Source: Macrostomum lignano (lineage: Eukaryota). From it: 64,000 bases of DNA. The translations under genes were made by a program, and so were the position numbers. Below the pieces are notes generated by a model that was given only the letters and a program-made list of their open reading frames with translations, did not search any database and had not been told where the DNA came from. Where the stretch lies: contig NIVC01000168.1 in the NCBI GenBank assembly GCA_002269645.1, forward strand, positions 1 to 64,000. The letters are read 5' to 3'. Positions 11,835 to 26,200 of the stretch are shown here, piece by piece (within the stretch, counting starts at the first letter, position 1; every line of letters begins with the position of its first letter).

Positions 11835-14800
11835 TTTGTTAGTGCCATTGTTAGAATTTATTGGTACTGTTGACTCGGCCTGAAAATAATCGATTTTCAC
11901 TTTTGAAATTTGAAAATAGTGGCATACTGAAGTTAAATATAAGTGTAGTAGGGGATTATAACAAAGTTATATTTTATTACAATAATAATTAACTTAATTT
12001 ATTTTAACTATAGAACCAGGACCCACATCCTACGAGTAAAAATAAATATTTGAAAATTCAAGTTAGATTAATAAATAATTAGTGTTTTAAAACAAATTTG
12101 CTAAAGTTGTATACTGCATACATTAGGGACACCTTTTCTGTAACAAAGATGGCCTTTGCTCTTGTTTTGCACCAAGAACTACTCAAGTAGAAGAGTAGGA
12201 AACTATGCTTTTTGGAAAATTGCAAAGGCAGTTTTTTTTAAATTTAGTAATGCAGATAAGAATTTTTTCAGTTTGTAATTGTTATTGCTTTCATTAGGAG
12301 GTAGATCCAATTCTTGTCTTTTGATATGTTTTTTCTTTCTTATACATATAGTTTTATCGATTTTTGTACAGCTATTTATTTAGAAAATTAGGACTTTGTT
12401 TTATTAAATATCTTACATATTAAATCTTACATATTTATCAACATTGAAAAGTTGCCATCACAGAACAGAAGATTTAGTCTATGATTATGATTTTCACTTT
12501 TGAGAGTGCAGGTAAAGTCTCTCAACTTTTGCAAATGTGTTGTGATACAACTTAGCTATGCCATAGCAGGTTGAAGTTATGTGGTTAAATATAAATGTCA
12601 ATGTCCTATATTTAAAAATAAAAAAATGCATTGCACAGCTTAATCCATTGGTTTTATAAATATATTTTACCATCTCTGTTACATAATTTGGTAAATTCAG
12701 CTAAAATGATCATATATGTCAGATTCATTAAATTTCACATTATTAAGATATTTTTAAGGTTTTTAGATATAGGACATATATAATTATACATAGAAAAAAT
12801 AACATAGAAACCCTAATTTTTTAAACAAAAGCTTGATAAACATAAATAAAGCTATAAGAAAAACTAAAATAAAAAATATGAACATTAGGTCTACTTCCTA
12901 TTAAAAGCAATAACAAATTTTTATAGTGAAAAACAAAGCACTTATTAGGCACTTAGGTAAATGTGAAAATATTTGTAGTGTTATAATTTCTTGTTATGCT
13001 CGTAGACTTATATTTTTGTTTTTTTTTGTTTGCTTCTTTGATCAAATTGACATTGTCATAAAAGTTAAAAATGAAGTTTTCATTAACTCACAAAACTTGA
13101 TGCAAAAATCTTTATGGCAGCCTGTTAATGTTAATAAAAACTCTTAGTCTTAATGCTTATTAACACTTATTAACAGACTGGTGCCCAATACTATACATTA
13201 GATTGCTATTATAATATATTAAAACAATACTATGGTATAGATAAAGAGTTCTAAGAGTGTTGCAAAGAAGATTGTTAGAAAATTGGGAGCAATGATTTCA
13301 TGCAAAAGGGAGTACTAAGAGTAAGTGCTGTGACCCTCTAATCTCGGTAATGCCTAGACAAGAGGATTGTATATATAGTTACCAACAACAACAACAACAA
13401 AATACACAACCCTGCATGCAAAGTTAGAGCAGGGTGCATCAGATGGCGCGCTGCAGAGCCTAGGAGCAAACAAAGTCAGCTCCATAGGCAGTGTTGGGCG
13501 CCCTAGCATTGCACAGCAGGCAGTCCACATATCGATGGGTTTGGGCCTGACCCTGCCTGAATGGACCCTGCAAGGTGAGCAGCAGTGACCTCTTGAACAG
13601 GTTGGGGGCAGTAGCCCTCAGCCTGGATCACATAACCCACCAGTTGAAGTCACCACTGGTGCAAAATGGTGGATGGGCGCTTAGTTACCAGTAAGACAAT
13701 TTAGGCCAAATCTACTAAGAATGCTACCAGAATGCTACCAGAATAGTATTAAAAATTAAAAATTAGGACAATAGGATTTAGTACAACTTTAGTGGCTTTA
13801 CAGTAAGATAGAAGTTACCCCTGACAACTTTGGTGGCATTAGTGGGATTTCTTATTGTGTAGGAACCAGTGCTACAACACTTATTATGAATTTTTATTGT
13901 AGCACAAAGGCATTACATGCAATCAAGTCATTTAAAGTTTTGTGCGTTGGTCCATTTATCAAATTGCAGCCATTTGTTGTCTTGGTGTCTTTTTTTCTAA
14001 TTGTTAAGTAGCATTTTCAGGGTTGCTAGAAGATTATCATTGATTCTAAATTGGAGTCTTGGTGGTCTCAAGCAAGTCTGGGCCAGTTTTTTGTGCTAGG
14101 GCATGCTAACCCTGTCCAAGGCCAAGATGACAGAGGTGCAGTGCCTCCCCACCTAGTTGCTTTGAGATGCTAAATGTGGCAGCCACCACTGGCAACTTGC
14201 GGAAAGACCCAGTCTGGACCCAGAAGGTTGTCCAAGCTACTATGGCAGTCCACCAGCTGGCAGTTGAGACTGTCTGCCGGATAGTAACCACTTGCGCTGG
14301 CTAGATCCAGGGCACCCAGTGGCCAATAGCCAATGCCTTCTTGTGGCATGCCGGGGCATGCCTGGCACCTGATAGCCTGCCGCTGGCCTTGCTACATGCA
14401 ACCCTGCAGGCCTGCCAAGTGGGCTCTAGCTGTACCACCCACCAACTGGCTAAGGCCCCCACAGCAACATGGCATAGCCTGCTGCTAGGACAAGCGCTAA
14501 GTAAGATACTAGCCATTGTATTTAGGACTTTTTAAATTTTTTGTTGGCTTGCAGGGGATTTAGTAGGCATGGCCTCTACTAGTCCCACCAAATGTAATTT
14601 TATTTTCCTCTATGTGGATTTTACTCACCAAATTAACATTATACATGCTGACATCATTTCTCTATGTGGAAATCCCCTTTTTTTCTTAGTGTATTTTGGG
14701 CTCCCACTCCTTATAACTTTTGTTTTATTGTGTAAGTAGTAGGGTACACCCAGTATTTACTTGTCACCACCCAATGTACCTGATCATTTTCTATTGCACA

Positions 14801-16703
14801 TCATGCTCTTCTTACCCAGGGTAACCCATTTCCTCTTAGTGGCTCATGAGAGCTCATTTAAGAGTTTGCACTCTTCTCTCCCAGCTAGACTCTTGTTTGG
14901 AATTGCCCCTCTTGTTTTGGAACCACCCAACTCTTGTTTAGGACCCTAGCAGACTCTTTTGCAGCCCCATTCCAGACTTCAAGATACAAGGGGACCCTAT
15001 GTATAAAACTGAAATCCCAGACCTGACTAGCTCTTCCCAATTTGCCAATTTAGCATTTGCTTATCAAGTAACCTTGCTTAACCACCAAAACAACAATAAT
15101 AACTATATCTAATAGCAAATCTGATTAATAACTGCCAATTTAACTTTTTTAATTTAATTACAGCAGTACTTACAGCAAACTACTACTTACAATAACACAC
15201 TTAGCAAATTAGTCTATTTTAAGTTTCCTTATATTGGCTATACTTGGCTATACTCCTCATCCAAATAGCAATACTAGACCACTCAGCCACAACCACAGTT
15301 ACCCTCCCACTGAACCTGAGGAATGCAACAGCTGGAGCTCCCCATTATTTGCACCCAAGATTTTTGCCCAAGTTTTTGAATTGTCAGGAATCACACCAAT
15401 TTGAATGGCCCAAAAAGCAGTATGTGGCAAAACAAACCAACTGACAACAAAACCCCCATCCTCAGTAACAAGTCAATTTGCCAAAAGTTAATTTGCTAAA
15501 TTATGATTCACCAAAATGAGTTTGTTTTGCAAAAGTTGTTTTTTTAACAAATAAACAATGCAAAAATATAAGAGTAAACCCAAGACATCCAGATTGGAAT
15601 GAAATTGGGAATATTGCAATAAAATTGAAATAATTTCAATAATTACAATTTTATTTCCCAAAAATTAGTTAAATTGCAATTTGCTTTTGCAAGTCACTTG
15701 TAATTATTGCAATTCTAGTCAAATGTTTTACTTTCCACTTACAGTAGAATACTTAGAATATTAAATTGTACAGATTACAACTTGATTATGAATTTTTATA
15801 TATTATATATATAGTATATCAGTATATATCTATATCATAGAGTTGGTGTAGTGACTTGGCTTGTATTGTGTGGGGTGCTAAGGGGGTTGCTGCGTACACT
15901 TTACCATTGTGCTCTAACTCTCCTTTGCTTGTTCTTTTGTGCATATGTGCACGTGACTAATCTAATATGTCCATTTTGCAGTTCCAAAATTATTGATCAG
16001 TTAAAATACTATTTTGACAAATACATTTATAAATGATTTTATCATGCTATCACATAAGCATCTCTCTGCCACACAAACTAAGTGAAGTTTTTACAGTGGG
16101 CCTATTGTATAGACTATAGATCAGATAGAGGTGGCATGTAAGCCTGGCCCTATAAGATTTTACCTCACCTATAAATGTAATTTAACTTAGTTAGCTATGG
16201 TAGCACACTTGCCTCAGGCCTATTGCTTTGTGATAGTGTAATATATTTCAGTAAATATACTATATGTAACATATACTTTTTTACATATAGGCCTACTAAA
16301 TGCAAAAAAGCAATCATAAATTGTTGCAATTGGCATAAATTAGTTTTGTTTTTTAAACTTGTTTGTTATTTTCTAATAGGCAAGCATGTATTTATATGCA
16401 TAAGGAAAATCCATAAACCATGTATTCTATAAAACATAAATCAATGCAGTATATTACTGTGATGAATTGAGATTGAGACAAAGTGATTGAATTGGCTTGA
16501 GCTGCAAGTTGTAGACAGCGTTTCTAAACTGATGTTTTGGTCCTTTATATTGTATTATAGAACTGAGTACATATAGTTAGGACGAACAATGTACATTGCG
16601 AAGAAGTACTATATGCATAAATAGAAATCGATCAGTTCAGTGCAGGGGGAGGGTCTACAATGGTAAGCTAAAATTGAGCAGCCAAGCGCACAAAGCAGTA
16701 TAG

Positions 16704-17491
16704 GGCTCATTCCATATAAGCATGGTCGTAACATGACAGGTTATTTTTACTTATAAAATGAAATCTAATAATAGAATATACTAAGCCAATATTTTAAATG
16801 AAAGATTATTTTGTCTAGAATATATGTATAGAGTTTCATATAGATATCATCATTAGTATAGATGCTATTAAACCTTAAATGACACTTATGGTCGTAACGA
16901 CAGGATTTTTGACATATAGAAACTAAAAGGTAAAAGTCTTATAACATTTTTCATTTTTGATATTTTGCAATTACATTTTTAAAATTTGACTAAGAACATC
17001 TTTAGAAATCATACTCTTTTTATTAGAATATATAAACTCAAAAGGCAACAAAGATACAAAAGAAAAGGCAGCCTTATGGTCGTAACATTATGGTCGTAAC
17101 ATATTTTTTTCTGTCAATTCAGTAACTTTGAGGTACTAATACATTAAAAATATAATAGATTATTTGGTCACCAATGCTTTTATCTGATGATGCAAGTACT
17201 ATACTTTTATCTATAGTTTGTTTCAACCTTCAAAAGCTTTCTATTTGTTTTTAAAAGGTACAAAATCTTAATGATGTCTTTTGCTTCGAAAAATGTCCAA
17301 ATTTTTACAAAAATGACTTTTTGCCAATTGATAACATACTAATCCAACATTTTACCATTCCTTTATTCTTAGATTGTATATATTGCACAATATAAACATT
17401 TGGTAAAAAAATAGGCTAATTAGGCAATGGCAAGCAAAAATATTGACTTTTTTCTATTTTCCAAATATGTCCATCTTATATGGAATGAGCC
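16704..17491. mobile_element. 788-bp non-autonomous DNA transposon (MITE), 17-bp perfect TIR, 4-bp TSD
   Basis: GGCTCATTCCATATAAG at 16704-16720 and CTTATATGGAATGAGCC at 17475-17491. ATAG flanks both sides (16700-03, 17492-95). ATGGTCGTAAC occurs four times inside. Confidence 0.85.
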
Positions 17492-19366
17492 ATAGTTCAA
17501 ATCGGTATAAGACAGCCAATTCATAATTACTTGTATATATTACTAGTAACAGCAAGATAAAAAGAAAAATTACAAGCAGAATTACTTAAGCAAGTTAAAA
17601 TTTGATTGCCAATTAAATTGTAATTGTCACAATTGTAATCTAATTATAATCTGCTTGTTGAGATTGAAATTTAAATATATTTTTTTTATCAAGATTGACA
17701 ATCAATTGCCATTGCCAATTAATTTGCAATAATTTCCCAGTTTAGTTAACTCAATTGTAATTAATGTTCAATTATCACAATTTTAGGCATCTTTAAAATA
17801 AACAGCAAACAATGTATATTTATGATATCTAATATATGTTTACTTGTTTTTTTTTAAATTGCTGTTTAATAATCTGGAAATCCCTTTACCCTGTGCATAG
17901 CTGCTATTTAGTCAATCCGGCAATAGGACAAATCCAGCAACAAACAATCCTTAAAGAATGTTTATATTTTAGGATTGTCGAATTTTAATTTAAGTTTTAA
18001 CAATTTAAGTATTTGTGCAAGTGTCTGTTGATATATATTGGTTCACCTACTATAGCCTATATAAGTGACAAGATGTTGCACAAGAAACTATATATTGTCT
18101 TTATATTTCTTATAAAAATTGCATTTTAGCAAAAATAAGAATTCTGTAGTGCCTAATCAATCATGAATTAAAATAATTCTTAGCAATGAAAACTAATTAA
18201 TAGAACTTTTAGGACCTTTAGCACATTAGGCCTACCAATCAAGTTTTTAGTGAATTGATTTTTGGCAAAAAAAGCATTTGACAAATGGGTATTGGACCAG
18301 ACTAATTGTTTGCCTTTGCTAGCTATCCATCTACAGGCAAAAGAATGGTCCAAATTGAAAAGTTTTAAAATTTTCAAGACATGCTGCACTAATAAGCAAT
18401 AAGATCCTAAAATGTTTTTTAATTATTCACTTATATTCTAGAATTTTTTAAAATAAAGAAAAAGTTGACTTAAAAGTACATACTTTTTCAGAATTTGTTT
18501 GTGAAATGCATATATACATGTACATATGTTATATATTTGTCATATAAATGTAGAATTATAAATATCTCAGAGCAGCAATATAATATAATAAGTTCAAGTT
18601 GAATGTGCCATTATTTTGGGGATAGGCCTATTGTTTGGTAAAATACGATATTTGCTAGTTGCTTATGCGTTATGCCAAACTTAATGAGTGACATAAATGA
18701 CTAAAAAAAAGTTAGGAACTCTACTTACTAGGCCTTTGCTTGCTATAAGTTACTACAATGTCTGTACTCTGTTGCCAATATGACTTATTGCTCAAACAAC
18801 TATTGTCAAAGCATCTTGTCACTATGTCTTGAATAGTAGAAACCTAACCTAAGTTGGTTAAGGCCTACTACATCCACTATTTAGCACTGACAGATGAATA
18901 ATAGTCCACTGGCCAATTGCCTAGGGCAGAGGAATAGTCTAGCAGACATATTGACTTTTGGCAAAAAGGTTTTTGGCAAATTATCTAGCATTTATTTTAT
19001 TTAAAAATCTAGGGGGCCTAATTTAATTAGATTGCGAGGACTTAGCACACAATAAGATGTGCATAGGCCTAGTTAATCGTCTTATTTATCTAATTATGCA
19101 AAAAATTAAAAAAAATCTTTTTCACTTCCAGCACAATTTTTATTACGGATATATGCTACCTTACCCCTGGCCCTACCTACTTGTACGCCATTTTATTTAC
19201 TAGGCTCACAGTTTTTAAGCAAATAAAAAAGAAAAAATTGGCAAGTAGGGATAGCAACGTCCTACTGCTTGTTTTAAAAAGGATTATTATCATTATCTAA
19301 TCTATTGCTTTTATTTAACAAGTAAAAAATCCGAAACAGATATGCTAAATCCAATCACAATACACT

Positions 19367-19636
19367 GAGGCTTTTCATATTACCAATTCCAGAATCAGAA
19401 TCGGTTCGGATCTTCCAAGAAAAACAGCAGTAACTAGGCCTATTTAATTTTGTTGAATGTTTGACTGACTTAACAACCTCACTTAGCAAAATTTTTCACT
19501 TTCTTCTTGGCGATTGTCATTCAATAATAAAAACTTTATAGCACGTATCTCCCTCTAGTTATGGAGACAAAAGTTATACTTCACATCACAAATTGGTTCT
19601 GGTTCTGCAACCAGAACAAGCAATATGAAAAGGCTC
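19367..19636. mobile_element. About 270-bp MITE (PIF/Harbinger-like), copy 1
   Basis: Ends GAGGCTTTTCATATT...AATATGAAAAGGCTC with ACT on both flanks. Near-identical interior to copy 2. Confidence 0.8.
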
Positions 19637-19657
19637 ACTGAGGACGATGACGAAACA

Positions 19658-19925
19658 GGGCCTTTTCATATTACCAATTCCAGAACCAGAATCGGTTCGG
19701 AATTCCAAGAAAAACAGCAGTATAACTATTAAACTCTGTTAATATTTGACTGCCTTAACAACCTAACTTAGCACAATTTTTCACTTTCTTCTTGGTGATT
19801 GTGACATTGTCATTCAATAATAAAAACTTTATAGTACGTATCTCCCTCTAGTTATGGAGACAAAAAGTTATACTTCACAAATTGGTTCTGGTTCTGGAAC
19901 CAGAGCAAGCAATATGAAAAGGCCC
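19658..19925. mobile_element. 268-bp MITE (PIF/Harbinger-like), copy 2
   Basis: Perfect GGGCCTTTTCATATT...AATATGAAAAGGCCC TIR with a 3-bp TSD ACA. Confidence 0.85.
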
Positions 19926-20277
19926 ACAGACAATCGTCATCAGTTAGTAAGCAGCGTCGTCACTTGCAAGCAGGCATACCATGGGATTTAAATCTTAAGA
20001 TGAAATAATATTAACTAAGCAAAAAAATTTAAGGATAAAATAATAATAAGTTAAAGACAAATTTTTTGAAGTAGCTTCAAATTGTTTTTTTTGTATTTAA
20101 ATTAAAAACAAAAAAGCTAATTTTTGCTTACGACTTTAGTTTTCGGTTTGTAGTAGGCAGTTCTTTAAATTTCAATGCCGTGTTAAATAAGACTGCTCGG
20201 CCGTCCGTCTGTCCAGATAAACTTTAGCTGTTGTTAGTGATTTTATCCCGCTAATTTCGTTCATTTGAGTTAAATCA

Positions 20278-23200
20278 ATGGATATCACCGGGTTTTTTGA
20301 CCCCGTCAAGCATGGACTGAAGTCTGACTTCCGACTTACCAAGTTGTCAGATCTAAAAGGATGAGGGTGTAAAGTTCCTCAGGCAGTGTTGCACACACTG
20401 CTAGAGGAACTAAAGAATGAGCCCGTTTCTTCTAATAAAAATGCTGAAGGTACTGTAGATTCAACTAATCATAATGGTTCTTTTAATTCTTCAAATAAAC
20501 CAATAATTGGTAAGCAACTTATGTTATGCCTACATATAAAATTAAACTTAAGAAAATAATTTATTGTTCTTTTGTTCATCATTGTCATTGACCTAAGGTT
20601 CTACATATAGACATCAGACAGGATCCCAATCCCAAAATCTCAGGATCCTGAGGAAAATTGGATTCCCACAGGACTAGGATCCCAACCCTAAAAAACTTAA
20701 GAATTGGGAATAGGTCTTTTATAGTTTTGATTAAAAATTTATAGAATTAGTGATTACTTGAATGTATTTTGTTTTAACTTGCACTCATTACATTATTACT
20801 TTGTTGGTTATAAAACTTTGCATCCATTTTGTTATGTTTTACTTTTTGATTTTGACATTTTTGCTCAATTTTGTTTAATTTTATATGGACCAATAGTCAG
20901 GAAGGTAGCATAGTGTGTGCCAGAATAATTTTTGGGAGAGGGTCTATGCACCTTTTGAATGTGGTTTGTATGCTGTTTATGTGCTCTCTATGCATTGCTT
21001 CTAGTTCTATTCTACATGATAATAAATTATAATTAATGAAAATGTTGATAAATATATTTTTAATAAATTATAATAACTAAAAACATTGCTCTGAAACATT
21101 TAAAAAAGGAATAAAGTGAGCATTTTTTGTTTTAAACTATAACTTAATTCTCTAAAAAGAATTACTTAGAAAAGTTTTTTTATCAAGATGGCCACAGCTT
21201 TTAATGGCTAAATCAATAATAATAAACCTAGGTCTTTATATTTTATTTATTTCTTATTAATAGTAGTTTATGTTAGGTTTAGGTCTTCAAGTCTTAAGGA
21301 GATAGATACTGTAATAGAACTATATTACATAATAATAATTTCTTTTAGCTTCAACTTTTATTGTAACCTGACCTATGGATATTTATCCACTAAATAAAGC
21401 AAGTACATAGCCTAGTACAAAATGAAAACCTTATTGTATGTCTATCTTATTTTTGCATAGCATTACCACTAGCAATGGTATCTTGATAAACTAATAAATG
21501 TAACAATAGAGAATAAATTGGTACAAACATAAAGTTTTTGTATTATAGATAATTAGTTTCAAATCTATTATTGTTCCAGTATTTATGAATATGATTGATT
21601 AAAGATGTATAATAATTAATATAATAATAGCTATTAAGTTTCTAAATTAATGGTAAAGAGTAAGTAGATATAATAGAGATTCAATATTGTGGCTATCTTG
21701 GTCTTACATCTTATGTCCTAGCTATATTATTATTACTATAGTGCATTTGTAGTGCATTACTATAGTGCTCTTACATAGTAGTACAACTATAAATTTGTTT
21801 GAGGGGGTGGATTCTAGAGGGTAAAGAGTTGGGAGAAGGGGATAAAGGAATGGCTTTATTTTTGGTGAAAATTCACTTGAAAATTTACAAATTCACCCTT
21901 TTGATTTTTTAGACATTCATCTAAAGAGTGCAAAAATTGCATAGATAGGAATAGGTCTATATATTTTTCCTATCCCACCATAGGCATCACCAGTGTTATT
22001 TCTATTGCACTATTGGCTCTGCCTCTAATTGAGATAAGATATTTAGAACATTTGGATAATAGTTTTAAATATTTCATTGTGCCAGTGTTTTTAAAATTAT
22101 AGTAACATTCTTTTTCAATAAAATAGCCATTTTGGTAATAACCACTTCGGTAAAAAATCATGACTAATTTGGTAACAGCTGCTTTTGGTAACAAATGCAA
22201 TAAATGAATAATTAGGTTGGACAATATTGAATTTTCAAGATTTTTGAGATTTGATTTTTTCAACTAAACAATATAAGATTTGATCAAGTTTTTAAGATAC
22301 TTAATTCAGATAAAACAAAGCTAAAGACTGAAAAAACTGTTTTATTGGTACAAATTTTATATACTCAAAATAAGTATAAACTTCATGCACTTTTGTTAAA
22401 AATCACAACCTTTAATTTGTAAAAAGCATAGAAATTTTAGGTGCATTATTTTTCCAAACATGGCTAAATCCTAAACGCCTTAATATAGGTAACACTGATG
22501 ACAATGAGTTAATTTTTTGGCAATAATTTGATTCATGTAGAATTTAATGCATTTATATTGATGTCTAGGTAATCTATGCTATCAATTCAAAAGATTAGTA
22601 TTCAACCTTGGGCTCTTTGTTTTCCTTTATAAGAATTCTTTATATATAAATTATTTATTATTTAATCTAAAGTTAGACTCACTACAAAACTTTGTATATA
22701 GAGATTCAGATAAAGGTTAAAGTAGAGTTAAGGCTGAAAGTTATGAGAGATATACAACAAACAAAATGAAATAAATTTGTCTTAAGTAAGATTTTAGGCG
22801 CATGACCAAGACCGCCACATACCAAGACTACCACATACCAAGACCGCCACAGCTCTTACTGACTATTGGAATTGAGGGGAAGTTACCAATCTTCTAGCAT
22901 TGCTATTGGTTATGATGGGTTGTGGAGTTAGATGAGGAGGAAGTGACCCAAGATTGGTCACTAATAAGATGAATAAGTGGCCCAAAATGATTTCAAGTCA
23001 ACCAGGGCAATTTTAACAATTCAAATTAAATGAAAAAAACAAGGAGCCTGGCTCACTCACCTACCTGGCCAGGCTGGCCTGCTCACCAGTTCCTCTCTCG
23101 TGGCTTTGTCTTGCTGGCTCTCCCCATCTCACCCTTCATCAGCACCATCCAATAACATGGCAAGCCAAATTCCTCCCTCCTAGCTCTCCCAAGTGTGGCG

Positions 23201-26200
23201 GTCTTGGTGTGTGGCGGTCTTGGTCCTACACCAGATTTTATGCATTTGAATTTTTCTCTTTTCTCTTTTCTCTTTTTCTCCTTTCTTATCTTATCTTATC
23301 TATCATCTCATCTCTTTCCTTTGTTATCTTTTATCCTTTCTTATATCTTCTTTATCCTCTTTTTTACCCTTTGATTCTTTAGTTGTAGGTGGTTCTAGGC
23401 ATCAAGATGCAATAAGGTATAGCTGTCTATTCTGCTAACCTCTTAAGTCTTCTCTCTATTTTCTATTCTCTTGTTTTTTCTTCTCTAGTCTATCATTTTG
23501 CTTCTCTTCTCTTCTTTTTTTCTAGGCTATCATTTTTTCTTTCCTTTTTTTCCTCTCTTCTCTTTTCTCTTTACTCTCTCATTTCCTCTCTTTAGTCTTA
23601 TCTCTTCTCTTTTTTTAACATAAAGAAATAATTATGTTACTCTTATAAGGTAGTAGCTTTGATCAGATGTTTATCATATACTCATATAAGCTATTAAGGC
23701 TAAGTGCTAACTAATTAATTGTAGTGAGTTATCTATAAGCAAGATTGTAATTATGGCTACCAACCAATAAAGAGAAAAAGAGAGATTAGAGATTTGAGAG
23801 CAAAGATAAAAGAGGAAATAAGTTTTAAAGAATTTGAAGGTCATAGATAAAGGCAAAGGCCAGAGTTTGCCAATGTATGTTTTAGACAAAATTTGCAAAT
23901 TCTGATTAGTACCCCAGCCTATGTTATCATTTGTCTCAATATTATTTTAGCACAAATTTGCTCCATTTCTTACTCAATTTTTGTTTAGTATGACCATGAA
24001 TGTGCAAAAATAGTTCTAGAGTTTTTTTTCAGCAGATCCTATGCCTGGCTACATGTATGTAAATAAACTTGATACATATCTGAACTTGTAATGCATTTTC
24101 CTGCTTGTGACAGTGTCCTTTTAAGTAAATTGAGTGTATTAAATTTAATTAGACTTTGAATGTAAATGCTAGTATATCATAGCTTGGCTGGACACTGACA
24201 GGTAACTGTTACTTTTCAATTATATCATGTTAATTAATTAATTAATTTTTAGGAATTGGCTTGGACTCGTGTGTTATACCTCTTCGACATGGCGGACTGC
24301 ATCTGATTCAAACTACGGACTTTTTCTATCCTCTAATTGATGATCCATACACTATGGTAAATGCTTAGCTTATCTCTTACTTGTTTTAAGTCTGTGTGTG
24401 CATTTGTTTGAAGATTCATTTTTTCTGTCAAATACTAAAATATAAAACCAGAATGCTAGCTAGTCAAAAATTTACTCTGACCAGGGCTGGGCGAGTATTG
24501 GTTCTGTGACTGGCCGAGTACTTTGTGTGTGGCTTCTTTTTGAAAGTTGATTAGCTGCCTTTTCTGGGAAAGAAAATCGTTAATATTCCAATCTGGGGGA
24601 TGCTTGTGTGCTAGGCCTCTTGGCTCTGTCTTATAAAGTCCTAATTCTGAGCCTCTGCCTAGTCCTTATGCTGCCACCAAAGTTGTCAAAGGGCTAAACT
24701 CCTGCTTTATAAATGTTGGTAGCTGCCACCAGGATTATCCTATTAATAAATTATGAGTTTATCAATCTTAGAATAATCCGAGAAACGTTTCTTAGAATTG
24801 ATCTGAGTATATATCTTAGTATTTAGTCTGAGTATTTAGTCTGAGTATTATTCTTGGAAACTATTAGCCCTTAAAGATTTTATTCCTCTGTTATTCTGGT
24901 AGCGTTTATTCGGATTCCGGTAGCGTTTGCTGTACTTTTGGCCTGAGTGGTCTATTGGCTATACTGGTATATGTATTCCATGTACTTTGCAAGTCCTTGG
25001 GCGTTACCGAGATCAGAGGGTCACAGCCTCCGGTTATTCTTACACGTATCACTTCAGATCTACTTCGTATTCTCTTACTACTCAATACTGCTGCTTCTCA
25101 ATAGTATGTACTGTATACGCTTCAGTCTATTTCACTCTTACTTCTTAAAAGGAATTAACACAGAAAACACTTCTTCAAATTCTTATTTTCTCGGAACTCT
25201 TACTATTCGCTATCAATCACTTATTGCGGAACCGCGATGCGCAAGGTAGAAGGTTAGTTCCTCTTTCGCCGGAATCGCTTTTATTTATACTAAAATTTCC
25301 TATAGTTTTAAACAAAAATTCGTTAGCGCAAAATATTATAGAAAATAAGAGTATTAAAACAAAATATCTTTCTTAGTTTTGGCGTGAATTCAAATAGACT
25401 AAACGGTGACTATTTTATAAAGAAATCGGGAGGGGCCTGCACACTTGCTATCTGCGGGATGCTTGCTGTCTTGGGGATATGTTTTCTATTTAGGTAGAGT
25501 GTCTGTTATCTTTGTGAAGGCTTTATTTTGTTGTCTTTTTGTTACTTTTAGAAAACAGACATTCATAGCAAACAATTTTACCATGATAATTTTACTCGAA
25601 TAAAGTGATTTATAAAACTGAAGAAGGAATTGGTTCTTAAGAAAATGTGCTTCCTAATGGATTTGCATAAATAATTTTTGCTCCTTTCTTATTGGTCGCC
25701 TCGAAGAGGGGCACTAAATTGCTAGTTACTTTTCTAATAATCATCAAAACTTGATTTTAAACGAGTACTGAGTGCCAAATACCCAATACCGAGTACAATA
25801 CCTAGGGCCGTTTCTGACTCTGAGAAGTTGCAGAAGTCTTCTCCAGACTCTATGTTTTTAGGCATTGACAGAGAGAAAATTGATAAAAGCCTTTAAATCT
25901 TAAGAATCACAATAAAATGAAATATAAATTAATAATAATATCAAACGAATCGAATGGTATCCAAATTTAAAAACTTACACTAGTGCCGAAGTTGATGTGT
26001 CATGACATACGCTGTTCCACAACAAAACCTATCATCAGAGAACAATTTTAATAACAAACTCTAAAATAAAACAAAACAACATGTACAGGGTCGCATCACC
26101 TGTGCCAACGTTCTAAGCGACCTATACGCTATGGGAGTGACCGAATGCGACAACATGCTAATGCTGCTTGGCGTTAGCAACAAACTGTCTACGGACGAGA

